The notes beneath the pieces were generated by a model. The model was not told where the DNA came from and ran no database searches. It saw only the letters and a program-made list of their open reading frames with translations. From Bacteroidota bacterium (GTDB lineage: Bacteria; Bacteroidota; Bacteroidia; Chitinophagales; LD1), in contig JAFDYQ010000020.1 of NCBI GenBank assembly GCA_018267365.1, positions 1-64,000 on the forward strand: a stretch of 64,000 nucleotides of DNA, in the 5' to 3' direction. Within the stretch, counting starts at the first letter, position 1. Each line of letters opens with the position of its first letter. Position numbers and translations under genes: made by a program. Shown here one piece after another: positions 1-9,612 of this stretch.

Positions 1-343
1 AACTACGAATCAAGACTCGTCAGCGCAGATGGTGGATGAAAAAACTTGTGACACATTTTCCAGGCTCTCCGGGTGTCGCAGGTAGCAGGTTTAGCCGCTG
101 CCAAACCTTCTATTCAAAGATAGAGTGCCTCACCCGATATTACTAGGATAGAAGCGACTTAACGACCGACTTATGATTTGTCTCGGCTACTAGCCGATTC
201 TGGAATGTTAAAATCATGATGGTTGCCAATAATAACACCTGCTTTCCCCACACGTATGAAAAATTTTTATCCGTCGGGAACTTCCGCTATAAATAAAAAA
301 GCCGGAGAGTATTCTCCGGCTTCAAATAGCTAATTAGTTTTCC

Positions 344-2455
344 CTATTTCTCAGGCTTGGTCAGGGTACCTGGTTTGCCCTTCACAAAGCCCGGCCCTGT
401 CTTGGTAGCATCTACCGGCTGGCCGGCAGTGTAGTCTATATCGGGAGCATTCTCAGGCTTGTCCGTGATGATCTTAAACTCTACACGCCTGTTTTGAGCG
501 CGGGCCTCCGGATCGTCCTCTCCGTCCTTTTCGTTTGGTACGATAGGCTGGGTCTCACCCATCGCCTTAGTGATGATCCTTTCTTTGGCTACACCCTTAG
601 ATACGAGGTAGTCCTTAGCCTCATCAGCACGCTTTTGAGAGAGCTTTACATTGTATTCATCTGAGCCCTTGTCATCCGTGTGACCTTGCACCTCTACACT
701 ATAGCCCGGATTCTGCATCAGTACACTGGCTACAGAGTCCATCTTCTCTTTGTAGAAATCTATCACATTGGCCTGGTCAAATGCGAAGTAGATGTTTTCG
801 ATCTTTACCTTCTTCTTGATGATCTGGTCCATAAAGAATGTCTGATAGATCGTATCACGCTCTTCATCTTCCTGCACGTTGATATTTTCTACAGTAGGCC
901 AATAGCCATCCTTATTGCCGTTGATCTTGTACTTCTCTCCACGCTTCAGTGTAAAGTAGAATGGATTGCTGGTAGTAGTCACATTGTTCATAAACTCAAA
1001 GTTGGGTCCATTCACATGGTACATAGATGCGTCTACACCATCTATTGGTTTTTTCTCGGCATCTGTACGGAGTGCAAAGATACCTGCTATCACCACATCC
1101 TCACGTACGGCAATACTGAAGATATCGTCGCTGGCAGTCTCACCACGCAGCGTCTTGGTACCAGGCCTGTTTGACACGATGTATCCCTTCTTGCCTGACT
1201 CATCCAGTACGAAGTACATATCATCAGAAGAAGAGTTGAGCGGTGCGCCGAGGTTAGCTGGTGTACCCCATGCATCCGGTGTACCTGCTACCTTGTAGAT
1301 ATCTATACCACCCAGGCTAGGCTTGCCATCAGTGCCATAGTAGAGCGTCTTACTCTTCATTTCATAGAATGGAGTCCATTCATCACCCGGTGTGTTTACT
1401 TCGGCACCTGCATTCTTGGCAGCGCCCAGTTTGCCTCCATCCAGGATCGGTGCATAGAAGATATCCATACCACCCTTGCCGGCGCGGTCTGATACGAAGT
1501 AGAGGATAGGCTTACCATCCTTGTCTACACCAAAGGCAGGCTGAGTAGTAGTAGCGGTTTCAGAGTTGATCTCTTTCATCTCTACTGCATTGCCCCACTC
1601 GGCGCCATTCTTCTCAGTGCGGAAGATCTTACACTTGCCGCGTACCTGGAGCGTCTGATCGCACTTAGTGAAGTACATGGTCTTCTCGTCCTCAGAGAGG
1701 ATCGCATTACCTACGTGATTCTTGGCATCATTAGGCGGATATGGCAGCTTAGTGATCTCTACCCAGTCCTTTCCTTGCTTGCGTGCAGAGTATATCTTGG
1801 TATAGTAGTCACTTGAGTTCTTTGTTACATTGATCGCTGTATCAGATTTCAGTGAGCCGTAGAGCAGGCGTCCGCCGCGCAGAGGCTTTGGAGACAGTTC
1901 AGTCAGTACACCGTTGATAGCACCTCCCTCATGATCTACCCTGATCCTGTTAGGATTTGCCAGCCAGGCTACTGATGAGTCGCAGCCCTCTATAGCGACC
2001 TTAGCCAGAGACTTGTAGCTTTTCTCTTTGCTGCCCAGCTCTGTCTTCAGGTATTCCTGCAGCACCTTCTTGGCCTCGTCATACTTGCCGTTCATTTTCA
2101 GCATCTGACCCAGAAAGTATTTATCATTTGGCCATTTATTGGCATCCTTGTCCAGCTCCAGCTTGTAGTATTTTTCTGCGGCTTTGTAGTCGCGGAGTGC
2201 CTGATTGAGCTCAGCTACGATATGGATCGTCTTGACATCTTCCGGTTTGTCTTTTAGTACATCCTCATAGTACTCTATGGCACTATAGTAGCTACCATCC
2301 TTGACCAGCTCCGCAGCTAGCTTCTTTTTCTTCCTGGGCTTCAGGTTGGGGTATTTTCTTACGTCTTTCCGATCCTTGTCTTTGGTGTCAGACTCCTGCG
2401 CCTGCACTCCCAGGACCAGTGAGAACAATAATACTGCTGCTAAAAGTTTTTTCAT
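344..2455 (-). CDS. OmpA-family outer-membrane protein with N-terminal TPR repeats, TolB/WD40-like beta-propeller and C-terminal OmpA peptidoglycan-binding domain (PorE-like)
   Basis: 703-aa ORF with signal peptide MKKLLAAVLLFSLVLGVQAQ. Repeated FY.P..DG..LYF.SDR.G.GG.DIY propeller motifs. C-terminus carries an OmpA_C signature (NIYFAFDQANV...QGHTDDKGSDEYNVKLSQKRADEA...NRRVEF). It is the last gene of the adhesin/PorP operon. Confidence 0.8.
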   Translation of the reverse strand: MKKLLAAVLLFSLVLGVQAQESDTKDKDRKDVRKYPNLKPRKKKKLAAELVKDGSYYSAIEYYEDVLKDKPEDVKTIHIVAELNQALRDYKAAEKYYKLELDKDANKWPNDKYFLGQMLKMNGKYDEAKKVLQEYLKTELGSKEKSYKSLAKVAIEGCDSSVAWLANPNRIRVDHEGGAINGVLTELSPKPLRGGRLLYGSLKSDTAINVTKNSSDYYTKIYSARKQGKDWVEITKLPYPPNDAKNHVGNAILSEDEKTMYFTKCDQTLQVRGKCKIFRTEKNGAEWGNAVEMKEINSETATTTQPAFGVDKDGKPILYFVSDRAGKGGMDIFYAPILDGGKLGAAKNAGAEVNTPGDEWTPFYEMKSKTLYYGTDGKPSLGGIDIYKVAGTPDAWGTPANLGAPLNSSSDDMYFVLDESGKKGYIVSNRPGTKTLRGETASDDIFSIAVREDVVIAGIFALRTDAEKKPIDGVDASMYHVNGPNFEFMNNVTTTSNPFYFTLKRGEKYKINGNKDGYWPTVENINVQEDEERDTIYQTFFMDQIIKKKVKIENIYFAFDQANVIDFYKEKMDSVASVLMQNPGYSVEVQGHTDDKGSDEYNVKLSQKRADEAKDYLVSKGVAKERIITKAMGETQPIVPNEKDGEDDPEARAQNRRVEFKIITDKPENAPDIDYTAGQPVDATKTGPGFVKGKPGTLTKPEK

Positions 2456-2509
2456 GACTTAGGTCTGGATGCTTTTAAAAGGGTTGATATAATTATTAGA
2501 GGTTTGGTA

Positions 2510-3637
2510 TTAATAGCGAGGGTTAAAGAGCCAATCGTTTTCCTTAGGTGGCTTGGCTCCAAATCCGATGTAGCTCAGAGAGAGTTCATATGCCTGCGGC
2601 CTGTATATATTCGGTACATTGTGAGCATCACTGGCCATATTACCCATACCGATATCATATGCAAAACCAAGGCGGAAGTTATTATACTCCATACCTATTT
2701 TAGGCGTCAGGTTGCGATATTGGAATGCGGATGTCACATCGTTGCCCATGCGGTTCCAAAGACCCAGGAAGATAGTCGCCTTGCTCCTCTTGCCGTCCTT
2801 TTCTTTGTTTACTATCACATAGCCTGCTGTCAGACCGGCATTGGCTTCGTTGGCCTTTGCCTGATTCTGATATAGAAATCCCGGAATGAGCACCCAGCGA
2901 TGCTTGATCTCAAACTCAAATCCGCCATGCACTACGTGACGGAAAGGCAGCTTGCCATCAGAGCTGTTTCCCAGGATAGAGACCTGAGGACGCGCTACAT
3001 TGGCCATGCTGTATCCTACATAGAATGTAAGCCAGTCAAGCGGCTTGGTATTGAAGAATATACCGTAGTCAAAATTGAAATAAGTCTTCTTGAGATTCTG
3101 CACACGCTCATCACCAGCGCTACCCTGCTGATATTGCAGCGTATTGGGGTCAAAGCCATCAGGGAATTCATAATTACCGTTACTGTTCTTGTAGGTCAGA
3201 GACGGCTGGAGACCGATAGAGAGCTGAGTTGTCTTTTTCTTATCCAGATTCAGCGTATATCCTACCGAGAGGCCTATGGTGGTAGTATTGATCTTGCCGG
3301 AGAGAGATTGTCCTGTCTGAGCATCAGTACCGCTGGCATTCTGCGCATCATTGACCACTACCAGGCCCACGCCCAGAGCATTGCCCTTCATTTTATCCTT
3401 CAGCAGCGAAAAGTCGACAGAGATACCAGGAGTACGAAAGAGTGAATTACTTTGATTCATACCATAATACTGGCCACGATAGATGGCGCTGATACGATAT
3501 AAACCATCAAATTTTCCTGTCAGAGCAGGATTGAGGGTCATAGGGCTGGCATAGTACTGTGAGAAGTGAATGTCTTGCGCGCTCACAGTCAGACCAATCA
3601 TTAAAAAAGCTGCAAACGCATAAAATTTTAATCTCAT
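2510..3637 (-). CDS. type IX secretion system membrane protein, PorP/SprF family
   Basis: N-terminus MRLKFYAFAAFLMIGLTVSAQDIHFSQYYASPMTLNPALTG matches the PorP/SprF family start (signal peptide followed by QD..FSQY...LNPA.TG). It lies immediately downstream of a type B CTD protein gene, the classic SprB/SprF-type arrangement. An alternative start 11 codons upstream would end the gene at 3670. Confidence 0.8.
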   Translation of the reverse strand: MRLKFYAFAAFLMIGLTVSAQDIHFSQYYASPMTLNPALTGKFDGLYRISAIYRGQYYGMNQSNSLFRTPGISVDFSLLKDKMKGNALGVGLVVVNDAQNASGTDAQTGQSLSGKINTTTIGLSVGYTLNLDKKKTTQLSIGLQPSLTYKNSNGNYEFPDGFDPNTLQYQQGSAGDERVQNLKKTYFNFDYGIFFNTKPLDWLTFYVGYSMANVARPQVSILGNSSDGKLPFRHVVHGGFEFEIKHRWVLIPGFLYQNQAKANEANAGLTAGYVIVNKEKDGKRSKATIFLGLWNRMGNDVTSAFQYRNLTPKIGMEYNNFRLGFAYDIGMGNMASDAHNVPNIYRPQAYELSLSYIGFGAKPPKENDWLFNPRY

Positions 3638-3705
3638 ATTTTCCTGATTTACTGGGTTTGATCTGCGCATCGAATATCTAAATTTTTACTAAAAGCTACA
3701 AATAA

Positions 3706-6700
3706 TTATCTTAACAGTTGAAAACTTCCTTCAATAGACTTTGTTACTTTCTTCGACGCATCCTGCGGATCCGTAGATTCATATGTCAAAAAATAGGTAT
3801 AGGTTTCGAAGCCCTGCAGCACTCCATGGTATGTGCCATCCCATCCCGGCGCTTTAGCATTATCATATACTGTTTGGCCCCACCTGTTGTAGATGCGAAA
3901 CTGAGTCACAGTAGATCCATCAGCTACGACAGGATACATGCGGTCATTATGGCCATCACCATTAGGAGTGAAGGCGTTTGCCATCGCTATACCACCGCGG
4001 TCTACTATGTATATCATCACAGATGAAGTAGCAGAGCAGCCTGTGCTGCTGTCATAGGCCATCAGGTAGAATGTATCCACAGATTGTGTGCCAAATGCAA
4101 TACCCTTGGTAGATGCAGAATATGGATTGCTGAGCGAGTCGGACGGAGTCCATGTATAGCTGATGGGACCGGTGTGGCCGGGCGAGTCTGCCAGGCCAAA
4201 TGACAGGCCCCTGATTATGGTATCCACAGGCGCTACAGCATGCACTTCAAAGCAGTTAATATTTACATTGACAGATGCCGTAGCCGTACAGCCTCCTGCA
4301 TCAGTCACAGTCACAGAGTACGAGCTGGCACCCAGCACATCTACAGAGGCTGTATCTGCCATAGAGCCGTTAGACCACTGGTACGATACCGGAGTGAGGG
4401 CAGATGTAGCATTGGCAGTGATCACGTAGCCGGGTATACAGCTACATACGGATGTATCACGCAGAGTATCCAGCACAGGTGCGGCAGATACTCTCAGCGT
4501 AAAAAACGAATCTGTAGGACAACCTTGCGAAGCAGTGATCTGGTAGCTACCCGGAGTAGCGGTGATAAATGTATCACCCGTAGCTACGGTAGTGCCGCCG
4601 GTAGACCATGTAGCAGGCACACCGGGAGGTATGGTAGAGATGATGATCGTATCTGATTCACTACTGCATATCACCGGTTTCAGCTGCTGGTATAGGATAG
4701 CCGGTGGCGGGTTGACCGTTACTTTGGCTGTATCAGAGTGACGTAGGCAGTTGTGTGCATCGAGAGCAGTATAGTAGTAATATCCGCTATCGGTCACCGG
4801 TATGACCTGCTGGGTACTGCCATTAGACCAGACCGGATTAGGATAGAGCGGGTCAGACTGGAGTACTACATTGCCACCCGTACAGAATGCCAAAGGACCA
4901 CTGGCCGTGACGGGCAGCTCCGGATGCGAGAAGGAGTCTACCTGCAGTGTATCTGTATAGAAATAACACCCTGTGGTCGCATCCTGCAGGCGTAGTACAT
5001 AGGCTGATCTCGGCTGCGCTGCCAGCGTAGGCGTAGTAGCTACAGGCGCAGCGGCACCCGGCATAAACCACTCATAAGACGCATACGAACCCGGCAGGCT
5101 GAGAATGACAGAGTCCGTATAGCAGATAGTCGTATCCCGGCCCAGGGATGGATGCAGTACGGGATAAGTATAGACTGTCACACTATCACGCACAGAGCAG
5201 TGGCTCGTATCTGTAGCGGTCACGTAGAAGGTCAGCGTATCATAGACTGTGGCCACAGGATTCCTGATAGTAGAGTTGCTCAGAGCCGGAGGACCCGGTG
5301 TCCATACATAGCTGACCACTGAGTCAGCCGTGTTGAAACTGAGCTGCGAGCTGCTGCCTACACACGCTAGAGCAGGTGTGGCTGATACAGAGTGAGGGAA
5401 GTTACCTACACGCACGATAGCAGAATCCCTCACATGGCACACCTCCGGTGTGGTAAAATGATTGATCGCGATGTCGATATCAGCTACATAAGTAGTAGTA
5501 CCGGTCGGAGTAGCTACAGGATTTACTATAGTATCATTATTCAGCGTGCCGCCGTTGGGTGTCCATAGCACATTCTGGATAAATGCCGTAGGACCATTGT
5601 GCGGGGTAAATCTCCACCCCTCCGGCGAGGTGATAGTGTACTGCTGGCTGTTGCGGCCCGGCGCAGCTACACCTACGTTTGTATCATCCTTGATACCGGT
5701 AGTATGGTTAGTACCTGAGTAGCTGCATGACTGTAGCATGATCTCTATGATACCTGAGGTTTCATACAGGTGTATTTCACCTGTCACTGTCTGAGAGCTA
5801 TTGCTCAGGCGCGGTAGAGCGTTATATTTTACTACAAAAATACGATTGGGTGCAGTGCCTGTGAGGAAGTAGGATACCTGACCCGCGCTGCTCACAGCAT
5901 AGTCACCTACAGCCAGGGCTATCTCATGCAGAGGGTTGCGGAAGGCTGCCGTCGGTGGGAAGGTCTGAGCCACATACTGTAGTGTACCTGTAGTAGCAGG
6001 ATACGGATTGGCTAGCGATATCCAGGCATTCGTATTTACCCATACCTGCGTATAGTTATTGCAATAGAACGGGAAGCTAAAATTCATATTGAAAGGGCCC
6101 GCTGTACCATCATCGGTGCTGGTACCGCCAAAAGAACCGACATATGATGATGTAGGGATGCTGGTAGCTAACCCTGATATGCTATTATACGGTATAGACG
6201 TCACAGTATAGTCCGGCAGGCACACGCTAGATGGCGGATTGGCCAGAGAGAGGTGTAGCTGCACAGTATCAGCACCATTGCAGAGAGAAGTATCACGAGG
6301 GCTCAGATGTGTAGCCAGATATGGATTGATCGTCACTCTGACAGAAGAGTCATTCACGCATCCATTATCATCTACAGTGAGGTGATAGGTACTATCCTGA
6401 TTTACAGTGAGAGATACAGTGGCGCAGGTATCACAGTCGCCGGTAGGTGGCGACCACTGGTAGTGGAGCACATTAGGTGCTGCTATACCAAAACGCATAT
6501 TGGGCCTGTTATTACTAAATGTAGGTACAGCAGTGATATTGCATCCGTTGCCGCTGCCGTTGCTGCGGGAGTAGGCCACTGTATTGCCACTGGTGGTATT
6601 GTAGGCTACAAAGTCACTCGTACCTGTAGTGGTCAGGGAATAGCATACCTGTACTATGAGGTTGGATACTCCATCCCAGTTGAAGTAGTGCAGGAACGGG

Positions 6701-9180
6701 TGCGGAGACCAGCCCAGGTTAGGAAAAGACTGAGACGGGGGCAGTACTTCCAGCAGTGAGTTGCTGAATGATCCTGACAGCGTAGTCTGGTTTGTACAGC
6801 CCATACTGATAGAGAGGCTGTCATAGCCGGCCGTACTGTTCAGCTGAGATACATAGAAAGAAAGGTCAGTGATAGCGCCTGACGAGAGGCCGGCGGCGTT
6901 CATTTCCGCAGCCGTGATCAGGTATTGAAACTTCGCTTTCCTGTACCCTGCATTGTAGGGTGAGGTCACATCAGTAGTGAAGTTTACGCTATTGCCTACC
7001 GAACCTATGGAGAGCACTGAGTTGTCAGGTGTAGTGTCTACTACAGTACCGCAGTTTACCAGATTAGCTACTATCACGGTAGGATTGAGTGTCACGATAT
7101 CTCCAGGGCAGACATCCACTGCAGATGGCATGATAGAGATACGTGGTGCCACACCATTCATCAGCACATGCACGGTATCAAACAGGAAACAACCATTAGA
7201 TGCTGTCACACGTACTACAAAGTCGGTAGTGTTCTGTAGCGGATTGATCACGGTGGTGGCAGCATTGGGCGACTGTACCAGCCCGCTATTAAGCCACTGA
7301 TAGATAAATGGTCCCATTGCCGCAGGCATCGCACTGGCAGAAATAGTGGTAGTCTGATACTTGCACAGGGAGGTATCTCCTACTGCAGAGACGGAGAATA
7401 CAGGTACAATGACCAGGGCGGTGTCGTGGCAGCTGGCCACACTCCATACAAACTGATAGGTCCCGCCTATGCTAAACCCTGTGATGGTAGTATGAGGATC
7501 CGTTGGATTCTGAATGGTGGTGGCGGCCGGGTTGGTGGGGACAGCCGTCCATGTACCGGTGCTCACCGCATTCATCGTGGCTGTCGCATTCACACAGGTA
7601 GTGGTATCAGGTCCGGCGTCCGGCCTGCTGGAGACTATGATGGAGACGGTGTCCGAGCAGGCTCCGACACTCCAGATAAAGTTATAAGTACCGGACACGG
7701 AAAATCCTGAGATAGTCGTATTGGATGAGTCAGGATCGTGTATCAATACGCTGGCAGGATTGCCGGTCATGGCTGTCCATATACCCTGGCCTACACCGGC
7801 CATCACTACAGAGTCTACACTAGACGGGCAGCTCACATACTGGTCTGGTCCGCCATGCGGGCGCGATTCACTTTTCACAGTATCACGATTTACTGCTACA
7901 CAGCCCTGGGCGTTGGTCACGGTCACAGTATAGACGCCGGGAGCCAGGTTAGAGATCACTGATATAGAGTCAGCAGTAGAGTCTATCACACCATTAGACC
8001 AGTGAAAGACATATGGGCCAAAGTAGCGCCCCGGTATTTTGGCTGTGTCCGCACCGTTGCTTTGATTGCAGGCAGCGGTGAGTGATTTCATACGTGGCGG
8101 CGTGCAGGAGCTCACATTATTGAATGATACAGTAGGATCTATCCCGCAGGCCAGGCTGGACCATGATCCCGACTCGCCATCACCTGAGCTTGTAAAATGT
8201 ACACTCAGGTCACTGCCCGGTGTATCAGTGCTGAAGGCCGTAAGTTGTATACAAAAAGTAGGTGAGCAGGTACCCAGCCCCGCATTCTGATCGCCATAGT
8301 TATTACCCGGGTCGCTATCCAGTATACCCGACGTGGACCCTGCCGTCGTTTCATAATAAAAACCAGGGCCAAAATAATTTCCGGTATTGGAACTGGTCTG
8401 CCCTCCGGGATAATACTGCCAGTAGGCACCGCCACCTGTGGTGCAGCTGGCAGGTGTACCGGTGATCACGAGAGATGCCGGGTCCCAGCCTGCGCCATAG
8501 GTGATAGCCACCCCATGTAGCCAGTTAGCATTGCCTTGGTCCCAGTTAGTCACAGTGTAGCAAAACTGCACTGTCTGGCCCGGAGCGTAGGTACCGTTAC
8601 TCGGCATCGGTGAGGGGGTGATATAAGATTGGAGCAAACAGCCGGCACAGTTATTAGCACATGCTACATTGAGTGTGAAAGTACCTCTCTGAGTAGAGTC
8701 CAGCCCAGCTACCTGGATGTAATACGTGCGGCCAATGATGGTCTGGTACACAGTCAGCGTCGCCGTGCCTCCGGAGCCTGACGAGCAGCCCAGACCGAGG
8801 TATGAGTTGCATGTACCGCCCCACATACTGATCACAGGGTTGGTCAGAGTGCCGGTACCATTAGTCACAGATATTGTAGTCTGAAATCCGGTAGCTACAA
8901 AGGAATACCAGACATCGCGGGGGGTATTGCTGATATTGATCGGGCAGGTACTCAGATACGGGTATGGTGCGGATGGTGTCGCATTGATGTTACTCTGATT
9001 GGTCAGAGTAGTAGTAGCACCTTGATTAAACCCCGAGGTAGATCCGGTCGGACAGGCTGTAGGTGTAGCCAGCGTCACTACAGTAGCGGATGTACACTCA
9101 TCATTAGCTGGCTGGGCCCATATAGAGGCAGGCACCAGAGCTGACAGAATTAATATATATAGATAAAATATCTTTTTCAC
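3706..9180 (-). CDS. giant cell-surface adhesin-like protein (1824 aa) with T9SS type B C-terminal sorting domain (gliding motility-associated CTD)
   Basis: Signal peptide MKKIFYLYILILSALVPASIWAQ. Thr/Ser-rich repetitive beta-rich body. C-terminus NAFTPNGDGHNDRMYPV...FRIYNRWGQTVYD...GWDGTY...GSFQLLR matches the type B CTD. Shares long conserved blocks with 9613..14835. Confidence 0.85.
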   Translation of the reverse strand: MKKIFYLYILILSALVPASIWAQPANDECTSATVVTLATPTACPTGSTSGFNQGATTTLTNQSNINATPSAPYPYLSTCPINISNTPRDVWYSFVATGFQTTISVTNGTGTLTNPVISMWGGTCNSYLGLGCSSGSGGTATLTVYQTIIGRTYYIQVAGLDSTQRGTFTLNVACANNCAGCLLQSYITPSPMPSNGTYAPGQTVQFCYTVTNWDQGNANWLHGVAITYGAGWDPASLVITGTPASCTTGGGAYWQYYPGGQTSSNTGNYFGPGFYYETTAGSTSGILDSDPGNNYGDQNAGLGTCSPTFCIQLTAFSTDTPGSDLSVHFTSSGDGESGSWSSLACGIDPTVSFNNVSSCTPPRMKSLTAACNQSNGADTAKIPGRYFGPYVFHWSNGVIDSTADSISVISNLAPGVYTVTVTNAQGCVAVNRDTVKSESRPHGGPDQYVSCPSSVDSVVMAGVGQGIWTAMTGNPASVLIHDPDSSNTTISGFSVSGTYNFIWSVGACSDTVSIIVSSRPDAGPDTTTCVNATATMNAVSTGTWTAVPTNPAATTIQNPTDPHTTITGFSIGGTYQFVWSVASCHDTALVIVPVFSVSAVGDTSLCKYQTTTISASAMPAAMGPFIYQWLNSGLVQSPNAATTVINPLQNTTDFVVRVTASNGCFLFDTVHVLMNGVAPRISIMPSAVDVCPGDIVTLNPTVIVANLVNCGTVVDTTPDNSVLSIGSVGNSVNFTTDVTSPYNAGYRKAKFQYLITAAEMNAAGLSSGAITDLSFYVSQLNSTAGYDSLSISMGCTNQTTLSGSFSNSLLEVLPPSQSFPNLGWSPHPFLHYFNWDGVSNLIVQVCYSLTTTGTSDFVAYNTTSGNTVAYSRSNGSGNGCNITAVPTFSNNRPNMRFGIAAPNVLHYQWSPPTGDCDTCATVSLTVNQDSTYHLTVDDNGCVNDSSVRVTINPYLATHLSPRDTSLCNGADTVQLHLSLANPPSSVCLPDYTVTSIPYNSISGLATSIPTSSYVGSFGGTSTDDGTAGPFNMNFSFPFYCNNYTQVWVNTNAWISLANPYPATTGTLQYVAQTFPPTAAFRNPLHEIALAVGDYAVSSAGQVSYFLTGTAPNRIFVVKYNALPRLSNSSQTVTGEIHLYETSGIIEIMLQSCSYSGTNHTTGIKDDTNVGVAAPGRNSQQYTITSPEGWRFTPHNGPTAFIQNVLWTPNGGTLNNDTIVNPVATPTGTTTYVADIDIAINHFTTPEVCHVRDSAIVRVGNFPHSVSATPALACVGSSSQLSFNTADSVVSYVWTPGPPALSNSTIRNPVATVYDTLTFYVTATDTSHCSVRDSVTVYTYPVLHPSLGRDTTICYTDSVILSLPGSYASYEWFMPGAAAPVATTPTLAAQPRSAYVLRLQDATTGCYFYTDTLQVDSFSHPELPVTASGPLAFCTGGNVVLQSDPLYPNPVWSNGSTQQVIPVTDSGYYYYTALDAHNCLRHSDTAKVTVNPPPAILYQQLKPVICSSESDTIIISTIPPGVPATWSTGGTTVATGDTFITATPGSYQITASQGCPTDSFFTLRVSAAPVLDTLRDTSVCSCIPGYVITANATSALTPVSYQWSNGSMADTASVDVLGASSYSVTVTDAGGCTATASVNVNINCFEVHAVAPVDTIIRGLSFGLADSPGHTGPISYTWTPSDSLSNPYSASTKGIAFGTQSVDTFYLMAYDSSTGCSATSSVMIYIVDRGGIAMANAFTPNGDGHNDRMYPVVADGSTVTQFRIYNRWGQTVYDNAKAPGWDGTYHGVLQGFETYTYFLTYESTDPQDASKKVTKSIEGSFQLLR

Positions 9181-9182
9181 TA

Positions 9183-9566
9183 TTAGTGATTTTGTGTAGA
9201 ATATTTGGAACTAGCTACGGCGTATGCAGCTGTGGTACGGCCATCCGGTGTCATGTGAAAGACGGGCATTTTAAATTCTGCAGGAAAAGCATCCGGATAT
9301 CCTGCCGCGCTGGTCAGCAGCCCTTTGCCTACAGCCTCCTCGGCTGATAGCAGGACGACCTCAAATCCATTATCAAATACCAAAGTGTTTCTTTGACTCT
9401 TGAGACGGTATCCCTCATAGTTGCCCCGCGTGATGCCTTGAGATATGGCAGCCCTGGTCAAGGTTTTCTCACTCCCGATAATGCACTCAAAGGATTGTGC
9501 GGGTGTTTTCTGACCCACTACAGTCAGTGAGAGCATGATCGCAGCGCCCAATAATAATCTCTTCAT
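9183..9566 (-). CDS. small secreted hypothetical protein (127 aa)
   Basis: Signal peptide MKRLLLGAAIMLSLTVVGQ. Its stop lies 3 nt upstream of the start codon of the downstream adhesin gene, consistent with translational coupling. No recognisable domain. Confidence 0.5.
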   Translation of the reverse strand: MKRLLLGAAIMLSLTVVGQKTPAQSFECIIGSEKTLTRAAISQGITRGNYEGYRLKSQRNTLVFDNGFEVVLLSAEEAVGKGLLTSAAGYPDAFPAEFKMPVFHMTPDGRTTAAYAVASSKYSTQNH

Positions 9567-9612
9567 ATCTTTGATTGGCTTTACTGTTTCAAATATAACA
9601 TTTCACATGTAA

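Noticed and set aside
680-1298. ORFs on the plus strand (164 aa, 110 aa) inside the OmpA/PorE-like gene
   Set aside because: They are antisense to a well-supported coding region and have no recognisable motifs; typical shadow ORFs.
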